From Octopus bimaculoides (taxonomy: Eukaryota): 33,967 nucleotides of DNA. The notes beneath the pieces were generated by a model, which was given only the letters and a program-made list of their open reading frames with translations, was not told where the DNA came from and did not search any database. Position numbers and translations under genes: made by a program. Position 1 is the stretch's first letter. Every line of letters starts with the position of its first letter. Below, piece after piece: positions 1-10,556 of the stretch. The stretch is from NCBI RefSeq assembly GCF_001194135.2, contig NC_068990.1:59939530-59973496 (forward strand), in the 5' to 3' direction.

Positions 1-49
1 TCTTTCAAAACATACTTTCTGTATTTAAGTTAGGCGGATGTGTCTATGT

Positions 50-101
50 CTTTGTGTTGGTGTGTTTGAGTGTTTGTGGGTTTGTGTGTGTGTGTGAATG
101 C

Positions 102-166
<65 letters not shown>

Positions 167-507
167 TGCTCGCATGTGTGCGTGTGTACATGAGTATGCA
201 TTTGTATGCAGAATATGTAGGTTGTTAAGTCAGTACGTAACTTTATATTCATGTGCATGTGTGTGTGTGTGTGTGCATAAATATGTACATACACACAAAC
301 ACACACACACACGTATATGTGTGTTCGTGTGTGTGTGTATATATATATATATATACATATGTATGCACATACATATATAGAAATATATACATGTGTATAT
401 ACACATATACACTCCAATGTATATATATATGCATGTATGTATATATGCATCTATGTGTATGTATGTAAATATATCATCATCCTTTATATATATATACACA
501 CACACAC

Positions 508-538
<31 letters not shown>

Positions 539-590
539 CATACATATATATACACACACACATATATATATATATATATACGCACATATG

Positions 591-623
<33 letters not shown>

Positions 624-824
624 GTCTGTGTGTATGTGTATATATGTATGTATATATATTTCTGTACAATCATACTATATACAGCTATGTTCCTGCCCTG
701 TTTATATGCTTATATGTATATATGAAATATATGTGTGCTGATGAATGCATACTCATCTATTTATATATATATACATATACGTACATACATACACACACAC
801 ATATATATATATATACATATATAC

Positions 825-920
<96 letters not shown>

Positions 921-952
921 AATGCATATATATGCATGTGTGTGTGTGTGTA
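50..952. repeat. Compound dinucleotide microsatellite (TG)n/(CA)n/(TA)n with a near-pure (TA)n run at about 828-907
   Basis: Directly visible. All overlapping ORFs ([12 protein letters not shown]) are translations of this tract. Confidence 0.97.
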
Positions 953-1091
953 TATTAATATATGTATGGATCTTATGTCTAACCTCTTTGTATTCAATTT
1001 AATTCTCTCCCCCACTCCCTACTCCTTTTCTCTTCTTTTCCACTTTCTCCTGGCTGACCCCCTTACTTTCACATTCTGCACCCCCCCACGC

Positions 1092-1160
1092 ACACATGCA
1101 CACATACGCACACATGCACACATACGCACACATGCACACATACGCATGCACACATGCACA
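1092..1160. repeat. 18-bp minisatellite (CACACATGCACACATACG) x about 3.5
   Basis: Direct tandem copies visible; CA-derived unit. Confidence 0.9.
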
Positions 1161-1252
1161 AGCACAAAGACAAGCTCACATAAGCATACTTCTTTCTCTC
1201 CACCCTCTTCTCTCTCCTTCTCTGCTCCTTCCTCCCACTCCTTATCTCAGTT

Positions 1253-1294
1253 TGTCTCTCTCTCTCTCTCTCTCTCTCTCACTCNNNNNNNNNN

Positions 1295-1337
<43 letters not shown>
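1253..1337. repeat. (CT)n microsatellite containing a 10-N gap (1285-1294)
   Basis: Directly visible. Confidence 0.97.
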
Positions 1338-1342
<5 letters not shown>

Positions 1343-1747
1343 TTTCTCAACTTCCCTTTGTTCTTATCATTTCATGTTAGTTTTGAGTTTGTAACACTAT
1401 TATTTGCTGTATGAACTTTGGGACAGACATAATAAAAGCCTCTCTCAATACAAACAACACTTTTTTCTCCTCCTCCTCCTCCTCCTCCGCCGCCGCCGCC
1501 GCCTCCTTCCCTCCTCTTTCTTCTATACTCTTGCCCTCACCTTCCACCCAACCAACCATCCAACCAGCCAACCAGCCAGCCAGCCCCCTAACCCCCTGCT
1601 CCCACCTTTCCTCCACGCTTCATTGCTGCCGCTGCCCTTGAAGTTTTCCTCTTATACCACTCTGTGGATAATACCTTTAGTAGTTTGTTTGGCTTCATAA
1701 ATATTCCATTAGGTCATAATCTTGGTAAGAACTTTAATAGTCTGCAC

Positions 1748-2005
1748 ACCACCACTTCAATACCACCGCTTCAACACCACCACTACCACCACCACCATCA
1801 TTGTTGCTACCGCTGTCACTGCCACTGCTATCAATTCCAACACCAATGCTAACATCACTAAGACTGCTGTCATTACCACCACCACCACCACCACCATCCA
1901 CAACCACCACTACAAGCAGTGGCAGCACCGCCGCCACCACAACCAACACCACCACAGCCACCACCACCCACTCACTCACCCCAACACTACCACCATCAAT
2001 AACAA
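1748..2005. repeat. Degenerate (CAC/CAA/CAT)n trinucleotide tract
   Basis: Directly visible; source of the poly-T/H/V pseudo-ORFs. Confidence 0.9.
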
Positions 2006-2041
2006 TAAATGTGAGCCAAAGTAGGAGTTGCTATGTGGGTG

Positions 2042-2560
2042 CTAGACCTGCTAGAAAGAGTACCCAAATATTTTTCAAATCACATGCTTCTATCTTAAGC
2101 AAAAAGAACACATTCCCTATATATAAGAAAAAGATGGGATGGTCATGGCTGTAATCTCTTTGATCATAGGTTTCTTTGATCTGGGCTGACCTGGGGTTAA
2201 AAACATTAACAATAACGACACAATTACAGAGCCTTCATGTGGTTCTTTAAACTACTAGAAATAGAAACCAAATCTTCTTCAAATCAAACTCCACTGTTTT
2301 AAAGAACACATGAAAATAATATACTCTGAGATACTCATAAAAAGATGGTTTGCTCACTATCAGAATGCTTTTGATCAATCAAGGTTGACCTGCAGTTAAA
2401 GAACAACAACAACAGCTGCAACAACAACAGCTGCAACAACAACAGCAACAACAACAACAACAACAACAACAGTCTCATTTACTTAAACATATTATGAACC
2501 AACAGATGGAGCTATGAGATGGTTTCTCAACCGGCTAGAAATAGCAGTCACAGCTTCTTT
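2042..2560 (+). mobile_element. Head-to-tail fragments of a retroelement 3' end with (CAA)n tail (about 2042-2215, 2254-2471, 2512-2560)
   Basis: Recurring CTAGAAA(T/G)AG...CCAAAT start and GATGG..TG(G/C)TC..GGCTGACCTG.GG.TAAA-(CAA)n end; a reverse copy sits at about 20885-21000. Family not named. Confidence 0.65.
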
Positions 2561-2571
2561 GAATTGTGTCT

Positions 2572-2722
2572 TTTGTCTTTTACTTGTTTCAGTCACTAGA
2601 TTGCAGTCAACCTGGGGCACCACCTTGAAAAATTTTTAGTCGAATGACTTGACCCCAATACTTCTTTAAGCCTGGTTCTTGTTCTATCAGTCTATTTTGC
2701 CAAACAGCATAATGTAAAATTG
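2572..2722 (-). mobile_element. SINE 3' module ('D-tail': GGTGC(T/C)CCAGCATGGCC.CAGTC..ATGACTGAAACAAGTAAAAG)
   Basis: Reverse-complement match to in-window copies at 4390-4669, 5222-5372, 10157-10383 and 31725-31925. Confidence 0.8.
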
Positions 2723-2767
2723 CTTTTATCATAACTGAACATAAAAACAAACATTTATGTGTGTGTG

Positions 2768-2805
<38 letters not shown>

Positions 2806-3139
2806 TGGCTCTATATATATATATATATATATATATAGCCATCAGAAAAAATGCACTCATATATTTGTCAGTAGAGTGGGCATATTAATCAGTGTACAGT
2901 ATTATATATCCATTACGGTTGATCTTGCCAATTGGTTTCACACTGGAAGTTCAATGGAGTGTTAGGTAACAGTCAGATTATGCAACCTAGTGCTTCTGCG
3001 CTCTTCAAAGATGGAAGTTATGGTGCCATCCCTGAAGTATACAGTATAATTGGACTGTTACCTAACACTCTGTTGAACTCTGTGTGAAACCTATTGGTAA
3101 GATTGGCTATAATGGATATATGATACTGCACATTTCAAT

Positions 3140-3159
3140 TAATATATACATAATATATA

Positions 3160-3209
<50 letters not shown>

Positions 3210-3252
3210 TAGATAGATAGATAGATATGCATATATATATATATACATAAAT
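3140..3252. repeat. (TA)n/(GATA)n microsatellite
   Basis: Directly visible. Confidence 0.95.
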
Positions 3253-3982
3253 ATATAAAATTAGTGTACATTTATACACAAACGAGGTGACTCTAACAGG
3301 ACACCTTACATGCTAAAAGGAGCAGTCAAAGCCCTAACCACGGTTTAGAGTAATTTCGAAGGGNNNNNNNNNNNNNNNNNNNNNNNNNNNNNNNNNNNNN
3401 NNNNNNNNNNNNNNNNNNNNNNNNNNNNNNNNNNNNNNNNNNNNNNNNNNNNNNNNNNNNNNNNNNNNNNNNNNNNNNNNNNNNNNNNNNNNNNNNNNNN
3501 NNNNNNNNNNNNNNNNNNNNNNNNNNNNNNNNNNNNNNNNNNNNNNNNNNNNNNNNNNNNNNNNNNNNNNNNNNNNNNNNNNNNNNNNNNNNNNNNNNNN
3601 NNNNNNNNNNNNNNNNNNNNNNNNNNNNNNNNNNNNNNNNNNNNNNNNNNNNNNNNNNNNNNNNNNNNNNNNNNNNNNNNNNNNNNNNNNNNNNNNNNNN
3701 NNNNNNNNNNNNNNNNNNNNNNNNNNNNNNNNNNNNNNNNNNNNNNNNNNNNNNNNNNNNNNNNNNNNNNNNNNNNNNNNNNNNNNNNNNNNNNNNNNNN
3801 NNNNNNNNNNNNNNNNNNNNNNNNNNNNNNNNNNNNNNNNNNNNNNNNNNNNNNNNNNNNNNNNNNNNNNNNNNNNNNNAATTACTCCTAACTGTGATTT
3901 GGGCTTTGACTGCTCCCTTTAGCACTTAAGGTTTCCTGTTAGGGTCACCTCTTTTGTGTATAAATGTACACTAATTTTATAT
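3253..3982. repeat. 102-bp inverted repeat pair (3253-3354 and 3881-3982) flanking a 517-N gap
   Basis: Hand alignment of the left arm to the reverse complement of the right arm gives about 11 mismatches in 102 nt; both start ATATAAAATTAGTGTACATTT. Confidence 0.9.
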
Positions 3983-4060
3983 GACTAATATGTTGCCTAT
4001 TGCATACTAGCCACTGGCAGAAAATTTCTCTAATTTTTCTACCCTATTTTCTTCTCTTAA

Positions 4061-4276
4061 GGCAGCAAGCTGGCAGAATTGTTAGCACACCAGGCAAAAT
4101 TCTTAGCAGCATTTCATCTGTCTTTATGTTCTGAGTTCAAATTCTGCCGAGGTTGACTTTGCTTTCCATCCTTTCAGAGTCGATAAAATTAGTATCAGTT
4201 GAACACTGTGGTCGATGTAATCAACTCATTGCCTCACCCGAAATTGCTGGCCTTGTGCTAAAATTTGAAATCAATA
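4061..4276 (+). mobile_element. tRNA-head SINE, family 'A'
   Basis: A-box-like TGGCAGAATTGTTAG, B-box-like GAGTTCAAATTC, central CTTTCCATCCTTTCAGAGTCGATAAAATTAGTATCAG; 7 copies in window. Confidence 0.85.
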
Positions 4277-4389
4277 TATATATATTTATGTATGCTTGAA
4301 GGTATGTAGTATATATGTATGAATGAATTTGTGTATGCATGCATGCATGTATGTGTGTGTGTGTGTGTGTATGTGCGTGTGAATGTGTG

Positions 4390-4669
4390 CGTTTTTGTCA
4401 CCTTGTCTTGATATTGCAGTATGCACTATAATTGTAAATGAGTTTCACCATCATAATCATCTGATTAAGTTAACCCCCACTCCTACTATTGCTTGACCAT
4501 CAGTGCTACTTTGTTTATTTCCCTGCAATATAACAGTTCAGTAAAAGAGAGTGATAGAAAAAGTACCAAATTTCGAAAATTTGGGGCAGATTTATTTGAC
4601 TAAAAACCTTTCAAGGTGGTGCCCCAGCTTGGCCACAGTCCAATGACTGAAACAAGTAAAAAAATAAAA
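4390..4669 (+). mobile_element. SINE 3' module ('D-tail'), extended
   Basis: Ends GGTGGTGCCCCAGCTTGGCCACAGTCCAATGACTGAAACAAGTAAAA, as in the other D-tail copies. Confidence 0.75.
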
Positions 4670-4830
4670 GGCGTGAGTGTGTGTCGAGAAGCTTGCTTCT
4701 CAACCACATGGTTCATGGTTCAGTCCCACTGCATGGTACCTTGGGCAAGTATCTTCAACTATAGCCTTGGGCTGACTAAAACCTTGTGAGTGGATTTGGC
4801 AAATGGAACATGAAAGAAGCCCATCGTATC
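4670..4830 (+). mobile_element. tRNA-head SINE, family 'B' head
   Basis: GGTTCAGTCCCACTGCATGGTACCTTGGGCAAGT...CTTGTGAGTGGATTTGG..ATGGAA...AAAGAAGCC; matches 7547, 9908, 16148 and 23775. Confidence 0.85.
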
Positions 4831-5187
4831 AATTTCTGAAATTTAAGTGGAATTTTTATTTGCTGCCGATTGAATCTGTGCTCGTGTGGAGGATTTGAAG
4901 AATTATAATATATAAGGATGAGACACGTGCTATTTGGTCTCTAATTTATATATTAATGTTTTGGCATATCTGCTGAAGAGAACTTTGCCTTGCAAATTAT
5001 TTTATTTGCTAATTAAAATTCAGAACCTGAGGTCCGGCTGTAAAACATGGTAAATGTTTTTATTTTTCATTCCCTTCGAAATTGCTCTTAACTGTGGTTT
5101 GAACTTTTTGACTGTTCATTTTAGTCTATTAGGCAACCTCTTTAAAGGCTCGCCTATTTGTGTTTAAATGTACACTAATTTTTATAT
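4831..5187 (-). repeat. Third, more diverged copy of the 3253 element end, abutting (TA)n
   Basis: 5072-5187 is the reverse complement of 3253-3363 (CCCTTCGAAATT...AAATGTACACTAATTTTTATAT). Extension to 4831 is inferred. Confidence 0.7.
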
Positions 5188-5190
5188 GAA

Positions 5191-5221
<31 letters not shown>

Positions 5222-5223
<2 letters not shown>

Positions 5224-5372
5224 TCTGTTTACGTCACTGTGACTTAAAGGTTTGGCAAAAGAGATGTAGAGAATTAGTACAAGGCTTAAAAGAAAAAAAT
5301 AAGTAATAGGGTTGATTCATTTGACTAAAAATTCTTGAAGACAGTGCTCCAGCATGGTCAGTCTAATGACTT
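5222..5372 (+). mobile_element. SINE 3' module ('D-tail')
   Basis: GTTTACGTCACTGTGACTT...TTTGGCAAAAGAG...GTGCTCCAGCATGG..CAGTCTAATGACT. Confidence 0.8.
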
Positions 5373-5386
5373 CTTATATCATATAA

Positions 5387-5825
5387 CCCTTTAGCATTTA
5401 AACCAGCCATATCATTATCATCATCCTCCTCATCATCATCATTTAAAGTCCGCTTTCCATGCCAGCATGGGCTAGCCGGTTTGACAAAAGCTGACCAGCT
5501 GGAGGGCTCCCTATCTGTTCAGGCTCCCTATCTGTTTTGGCATGGTTTCTACAGCTGGATGCTCTTCCTAACACCAACCACTTTACAGACTGGACTGGGT
5601 GTTTTTATGCAACACCAGTATGAGCCATCCCAAATATTTTACTTGCTTTGTGCTCAAACCAGTCAATTGTGACCCTCTTACACCTACTTTACAATGCCAT
5701 TCTAAAAAAAAATCACATCATTGAAATCTCAAAGCTATAAGATTAACTGAAAATAAATGATTAATTCAAAACTTTGTGAATAAATAAAGCATTACGTTTG
5801 ACAGAATAATTTGAATGCTAAAGCG
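5387..5825. mobile_element. piggyBac-type MITE (CCCTTTAGCATT...AATGCTAAAGCG, TTAA on the right) split by an RTE tail at 5413-5625
   Basis: The two halves rejoin to match the intact copies at 10759-10958 and 21014-21223. CCC/GGG termini with a TTAA target are hallmarks of piggyBac. Confidence 0.8.
5413..5625 (-). mobile_element. RTE-clade LINE 3' UTR fragment with (GAT)n tail
   Basis: (CAT)n-TTTAAAGTCCGCTTTCCATGCCAGCATGGG...GGTTTCTACAGCTGGATGCTCTTCCTAAC; the same tail follows the RTE ORF end at 15436-15780. Confidence 0.85.
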
Positions 5826-6404
5826 TTAAGAATGCTATAAACAAATCTACTACTGCATCTTTTCCTAGTACTTTCCAAAAAGTCCACTATTAATACCTAG
5901 GTCATTTCATCAAGCCAAAAGAGTAAAAAAAAATGCTAGATGGATCAGTGGTAGGCCACATGCTAAAATAGCACTGAATCCTTTGTAACTCTTGCTGCCA
6001 GAAGTGCAGAAGACCAATAATTAGCTCATTGGAAACCTGTAACCAATGATGTTCATAATTTATTCTTTCTAATAATAATTGCAATTTAATTTCAAGGAAA
6101 TGAAGAAAACAAAAAAAGAGGGCAGGGATTAAGCAACAGGAGATGGGGTGAGTGGGTGAGTGAGTGAGTAACGGGTTGTACACGCCAGAACAAATGGCAT
6201 GTTCATCTGTGCCTGACGGACATGACCATGGAGGCATTGTTGCGATGACTCAAATTGTGATATAAAATAAAACAAGCAAATTATTAAGTTTCTTTCTGAA
6301 AATGTCCAGTTTAATGATGCAATGAAGGAGGTAAGATGTGGTGGCTTTCATTCTGGAATGTGACGTAACTGAATTATGTTGATGTCTATGAAATGGATAA
6401 TACT

Positions 6405-6712
6405 GGTCCTGTGAGGGTTCCAGTTCCAATGAACAGAACAGTCTGCTTGTGAATTTAATGCACAAGTGGCAGAAGACTCCACAAACATGTGTATCTTTAA
6501 TGTAGTTTTCAAGGAAATTCAGTGTGACACAGAGTGTGACAAGGCTGGAACCTTTGAAATACAGGTACTACTTATTTTTGCCAGTTGAGTGAACTGGAGC
6601 AACACGAAATAAAGTGTCTTGCTCAATGATACGGTGTGCTGTTGGGAATTGAACTCATGACCTTACAGTAGTTAGCCAAATACCTTAAACACTAAGCCAC
6701 ATGCCTTCACAA
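6405..6712 (-). mobile_element. tRNA-head SINE, family 'C'
   Basis: Minus strand: GTGGCTTAGTGTTTAAGG (A-box-like), GAGTTCAATTCCC (B-box-like), TTGAGCAAGACACTTTATTTC; 3' part matches 14385-14672 and 22062-22449. Confidence 0.8.
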
Positions 6713-6796
6713 TCTGTGTATAATAATGTAGAGGAGGCTGATGACGACAGCAATGATAATGATGACTTTTCCACATGTAGGAGAATGTGTAGGAAT

Positions 6797-7268
6797 AAAG
6801 AGAGAGAGAGAGAGAGAGAGGAGGGGAGGAGGAGAGAGAGGGAAAGAGAGAAGAGAAAAGAGAGAAGAGGGAAAGAGAGAAGAGGGAAAGGGATTGATAG
6901 AGTGAGAGAGGGGGATAGAGAGAAAGAGAACGAAGAACGGAGAGAACAAGATAGTGTCAGACAAGAGAGGGAGAAAGAGAGAGAAAGAGAGAGTGAATAC
7001 GAAAGGGAAAGAGAAGAAATGAGTGAGTGAAAGAGGGAATGAAAGACAGAGAGAGAGAGAGAGAGTAATCCTGTAGGAATGCAAGAAAGAGGAGTACAAA
7101 ATCAGCAGGTGATGAAAGGAAGGGAAAAAAATAGAGGCTAACATAATGAAGAAGAAATTGAAAGAAAAAGAGAGAGAAAAAGAATGGGGAGGGAGAAGGA
7201 GACTAGGTAAGAGAGAGGAAAGAAAAGAAAGGAAATAAGAGAGGAGGAGAGAGAGAGAGAGAGAGAGG
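6797..7268. repeat. About 470-nt polypurine GA-rich tract
   Basis: Directly visible; the REREKE and LSLS ORFs are artefacts of it. Confidence 0.92.
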
Positions 7269-7546
7269 CTCTGTGACATTCTTGGAAGTTTTATAATGTT
7301 TTCTAATTTTAGTTTTTGTTAAATGATCTGCTAAACTATTTATTCATTACTTCAATTTCCCCAATTGGATTGGATCATTAAAATACTGTATTTTCATCTT
7401 TTATACACTGGTTTAGTTTGGATGTACTTATGGCCCTTTCTCTGCCCTTCTGGGGTTGGTGAGATCTATGCGGTTAACATTACTCTGGAATAGTTTACGA
7501 GTTAAGGTAGGTGCCAAGAAAATGTTGGAAAAAAATGTAGGAAATA

Positions 7547-7822
7547 GGTGTGTAGTTGTGTGGTAAGAAGCTTGCTTCCTAACCACACAGTTTCAGGTTC
7601 AATCTCACTGCATGGTACCCTAAGCAAGTGTCTTCTTCTATAGCCTTGGTCCAACCAAAGCCTTGTGAGTGGATTCGGCAGATGGAAACTGAAAGAAGCC
7701 TGTCATAAATATACATATATATTTGTGTGTGTGTGTGTGTGTGTATGTGTGTCCGTGTCCCACCACTGCTTGATAACCAATGTTGGTGTGTTTATGTCCC
7801 TGTAATTTAGTGGTTCAGTAAA
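7547..7822 (+). mobile_element. Family B SINE head + (TG)n + truncated D-tail
   Basis: Same modular layout as 9908-10383, truncated in the D-tail. Confidence 0.8.
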
Positions 7823-7824
7823 AA

Positions 7825-8090
7825 CACCACCACCACCACTACCTTTATCATCAATGCCACCAGCACCAGCACCACAACTGCCCTCCCCACCATCATCATC
7901 ATCATCATTATTATTTCAACAACCACAGTCACTACTGATACAAATGTTGCTGTTGTTGCAGCCATTGCAACTGTTGCCATCACTGTGGCCACTGCAACCC
8001 CTTCTGCCACTCCTGCCACTCCTGACCCCCCCACCCATTGCTGCCACTGTTGTAGGCTCCGCTAACTCCACAACCACCTCCATCATCATG
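7825..8090. repeat. Degenerate CAC/CAT/GCC trinucleotide tract
   Basis: Directly visible. Confidence 0.85.
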
Positions 8091-8819
8091 TGTATGTTTA
8101 AACTTGAATATTTACATTGTGAAAGGGTCATTTAACCATCTAAAGTCACAGGAAGACATTCATTTTTCATTTATTTTTGCGAGACATCAAAATTTTCTTC
8201 TTTTTTTTTTTGCCCCTTTACAACTTAGTCACAAATATAGTCACATAGTCACTAATATAGACTATAAAAACATTGACTCATCTGGAAATAAATAAAAAGT
8301 AAATATAACAGGTTTTGTATGTTTTTAGATGACTAAAATTAGCTCTTCCACCAAATAATTACTTCAGATTCTTTTGTCCTCTAATATAAATCTGAGACCC
8401 TCTTATGTAAGATCTCATTAAACAGTTGATGACATTTGAGAAGATAATATTAGTCATAATGTTAAAGTCATCATACATAGAATTAAGATCAATATCTTAA
8501 ATATTTATACATAAACTGAGTTTAATTATGTTTGAGTAATGGGTTGATAATAATGGAAATACGTGGTGAATACATAAATCTAGAGATATTTAATAACTTG
8601 TTATAATCTGAAATACAAAATGTCTTATTATAAATAATAATTTCTGAGAAATTTTGGAAGCAGGACTTCAGTCAATTAAATTAAACAGTGCTAATTATTA
8701 GTTCTTATTTTATAATTCATAGCGGAATGAATCTCAGCAAAGGAAGAAACTAGATATTGAAAGTACACATGATACTAGCGCCATGAATAAAGAACCCATG
8801 CTGATGACATATATAAAGC

Positions 8820-9085
8820 ACCCATGCTGGTGTCATGTATGAAGCACTGGTGCCACATAAAAAGCACCTTATATATTCTGTAAGGTGGTTAGAAGCCAAA
8901 ACAGACAATTCAAGTCTGGTGCAGTTCTCTGGCTTGCCAGCTTCTGCCAAAGTGTCCAATCCATGCCAGTATGGAAAATGGACATTAAATGGTGATGATG
9001 ATGATGAGAATAATGTTGAGGATAATAATGAGCATGATGATGACAATGATGATGATGATGATGAGGATGGTGTTGATGATGATTT
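8820..9085 (+). mobile_element. RTE LINE 3' UTR fragment with expanded (GAT)n tail
   Basis: GGTGCCACATAAAAAGCACC...CCATGCCAGTATGGAAAATGGACATTAAAT-(GAT)n. Confidence 0.85.
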
Positions 9086-9104
9086 AAATACACAATTGTG
9101 TCAA

Positions 9105-9460
9105 CCCACTGTTCTGTTTTTCTATAAATCATGGAATCTGAGGCAGTTGTTCACTGCACACAAACACAAGGAGCTGAAACAGGGCCTCTGTGAAGGGTCC
9201 CTGGAATAATGTTTACCTGACCGGTTAAATAGCTCAGATAGCAGAGAGTCTTTCCAGCTCAAGACACTAGTTCTTTGCATTGAGCAGTCTCAGCTCTGGA
9301 ACTATGGACATATGTTTAGAATGTTGCAAGAAAGAACCAAAAGATGAATTCTTCAAGCTGAGCCAAGCCAAGCTGGCAGGAGACCTAGAGATAGACTAAG
9401 GATAAGATGGTTGGATAATATCCACAGTCACAGTTTGTCATGCTTGGAAACCCAGTGAGA
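9105..9460 (+). pseudogene. Decayed C-terminal ORF of an RTE-type non-LTR retrotransposon
   Basis: One frame from 9210 reads CLPDRLNSSDSRESFQLKTLVLCIEQSQLWNYGHMFRMLQERTKR*ILQAEPSQAGRRPRDRLRIRWLDNI. This resembles the RTE pattern 'DR..S.DIRE.L....L...IE.SQLRW.GH..RM...GRRPRGRP..RW.D.I'. Contains stops and frameshifts. Confidence 0.8.
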
Positions 9461-9907
9461 ATGTCTGGAAATCTCACTGGAAATCCATTCTCACTGGAAA
9501 TTCAGTGAGAATGTCTTATGAGAGTTGTTTTTGATAAGACCCTATGAAGGAAGTGCCTGAGAACTGTAACCCTATGACTCTCCGAAGGCAGAGAAAATAG
9601 ATAGATGGATGAATATTCACGGCAAACTAAAACCATCAATTGTTTATATAGTTTCCTCTACATATTATCTTAAGTAAATTTTAATTACACTGAACAACAA
9701 TGATTTTGTCATTGATCTTTAGATGGGTGTACCAGGAGTTCTTTTGTATGCTGAATCTGAATAGGATATCAAACCTTTTTTACAATCAGATTAGCATTCT
9801 TGTGATGCTATGCATATTTCTCCCTCATCTAGGATAATTACTGGATAAAAATAAAATAAATCAATTAATATAATTGTAATTAAAACTTTAATATTAATAT
9901 AAATTTT

Positions 9908-10115
9908 GGCATAAGCATAGATGTGTGGTAATAAGTTTGCATCTCAGCCACATGGTTCTAGGTTCAGTCCTACTGCATGGCACTTTGGGCAAGTGTCTTC
10001 CTCTATAGCCTAGGGCCAACCAAAGCTTTGTGAGTGGATTTGGTAGACAGAAACTGAACGAAGCCTGTCGTATATACGTATGTGTGTGTGTGTATGTGTG
10101 TGTATGTGTGTGTGT

Positions 10116-10157
<42 letters not shown>

Positions 10158-10383
10158 CTTTGTATCTGTGTTTATACCCCACCACCACTTGACAACTGGT
10201 GTTGGTGTGTTTATGTCACTGTAACTTAGTAGTTTGGCAAAAGAGACCAATAGAATAAGTAATAGGCTTAAAAAACAAAAATAAGTTCTAGGGTTGGTTC
10301 ATTTGACTAAAAATTCTTCAAGGCAGCACCCCCTACATAGCTGCAGTCTAGTGATTGAAACAAATAAAAAATAAATGATAAAA
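9908..10383 (+). mobile_element. Complete composite SINE: family B tRNA head + (TG)n + D-tail, nested in the Chapaev3-like 5' region
   Basis: GGTTCTAGGTTCAGTCCTACTGCATGGCACTTTGGGCAAGTGTCTT head, (TG)n at about 10080-10156, tail ending GATTGAAACAAATAAAAA. Confidence 0.85.
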
Positions 10384-10556
10384 GATATTTGTTGCATTAA
10401 CCAGCAAGGCTGGTGACAGTTAATTCATTTGGGAAATAAGTTCTGGTAATATTAATGGGATAATTTTGGCCAAGTTAGTAGACTGGGCATGCAGCAACAT
10501 TTTTAGGCCTGCTCAGATATGAGTCTTGTGTCTGTGTGATGATCTGTTTCAACTTA

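Noticed and set aside
25-1394. Many overlapping ORFs of 60-219 aa
   Set aside because: They are translations of dinucleotide repeats (YI, CV, HT, LS), open in several frames on both strands.
3326-3925. ORFs spanning N-runs (also 24580-25500 and 31840-32835)
   Set aside because: Their length comes from untranslatable gap bases.
4970-5050. CTGAAGA...GCAA as a second hammerhead-like motif
   Set aside because: The intervening bases do not form a stem II.
5902-6237. 111-aa minus-strand ORF in non-repetitive sequence
   Set aside because: No recognisable motif and no convincing flanking splice pair; the length is within chance expectation.
6701-7279. Charged RE/KE-rich and Leu/Ser/Phe-rich ORFs
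   Set aside because: Both strands of the GA polypurine tract.
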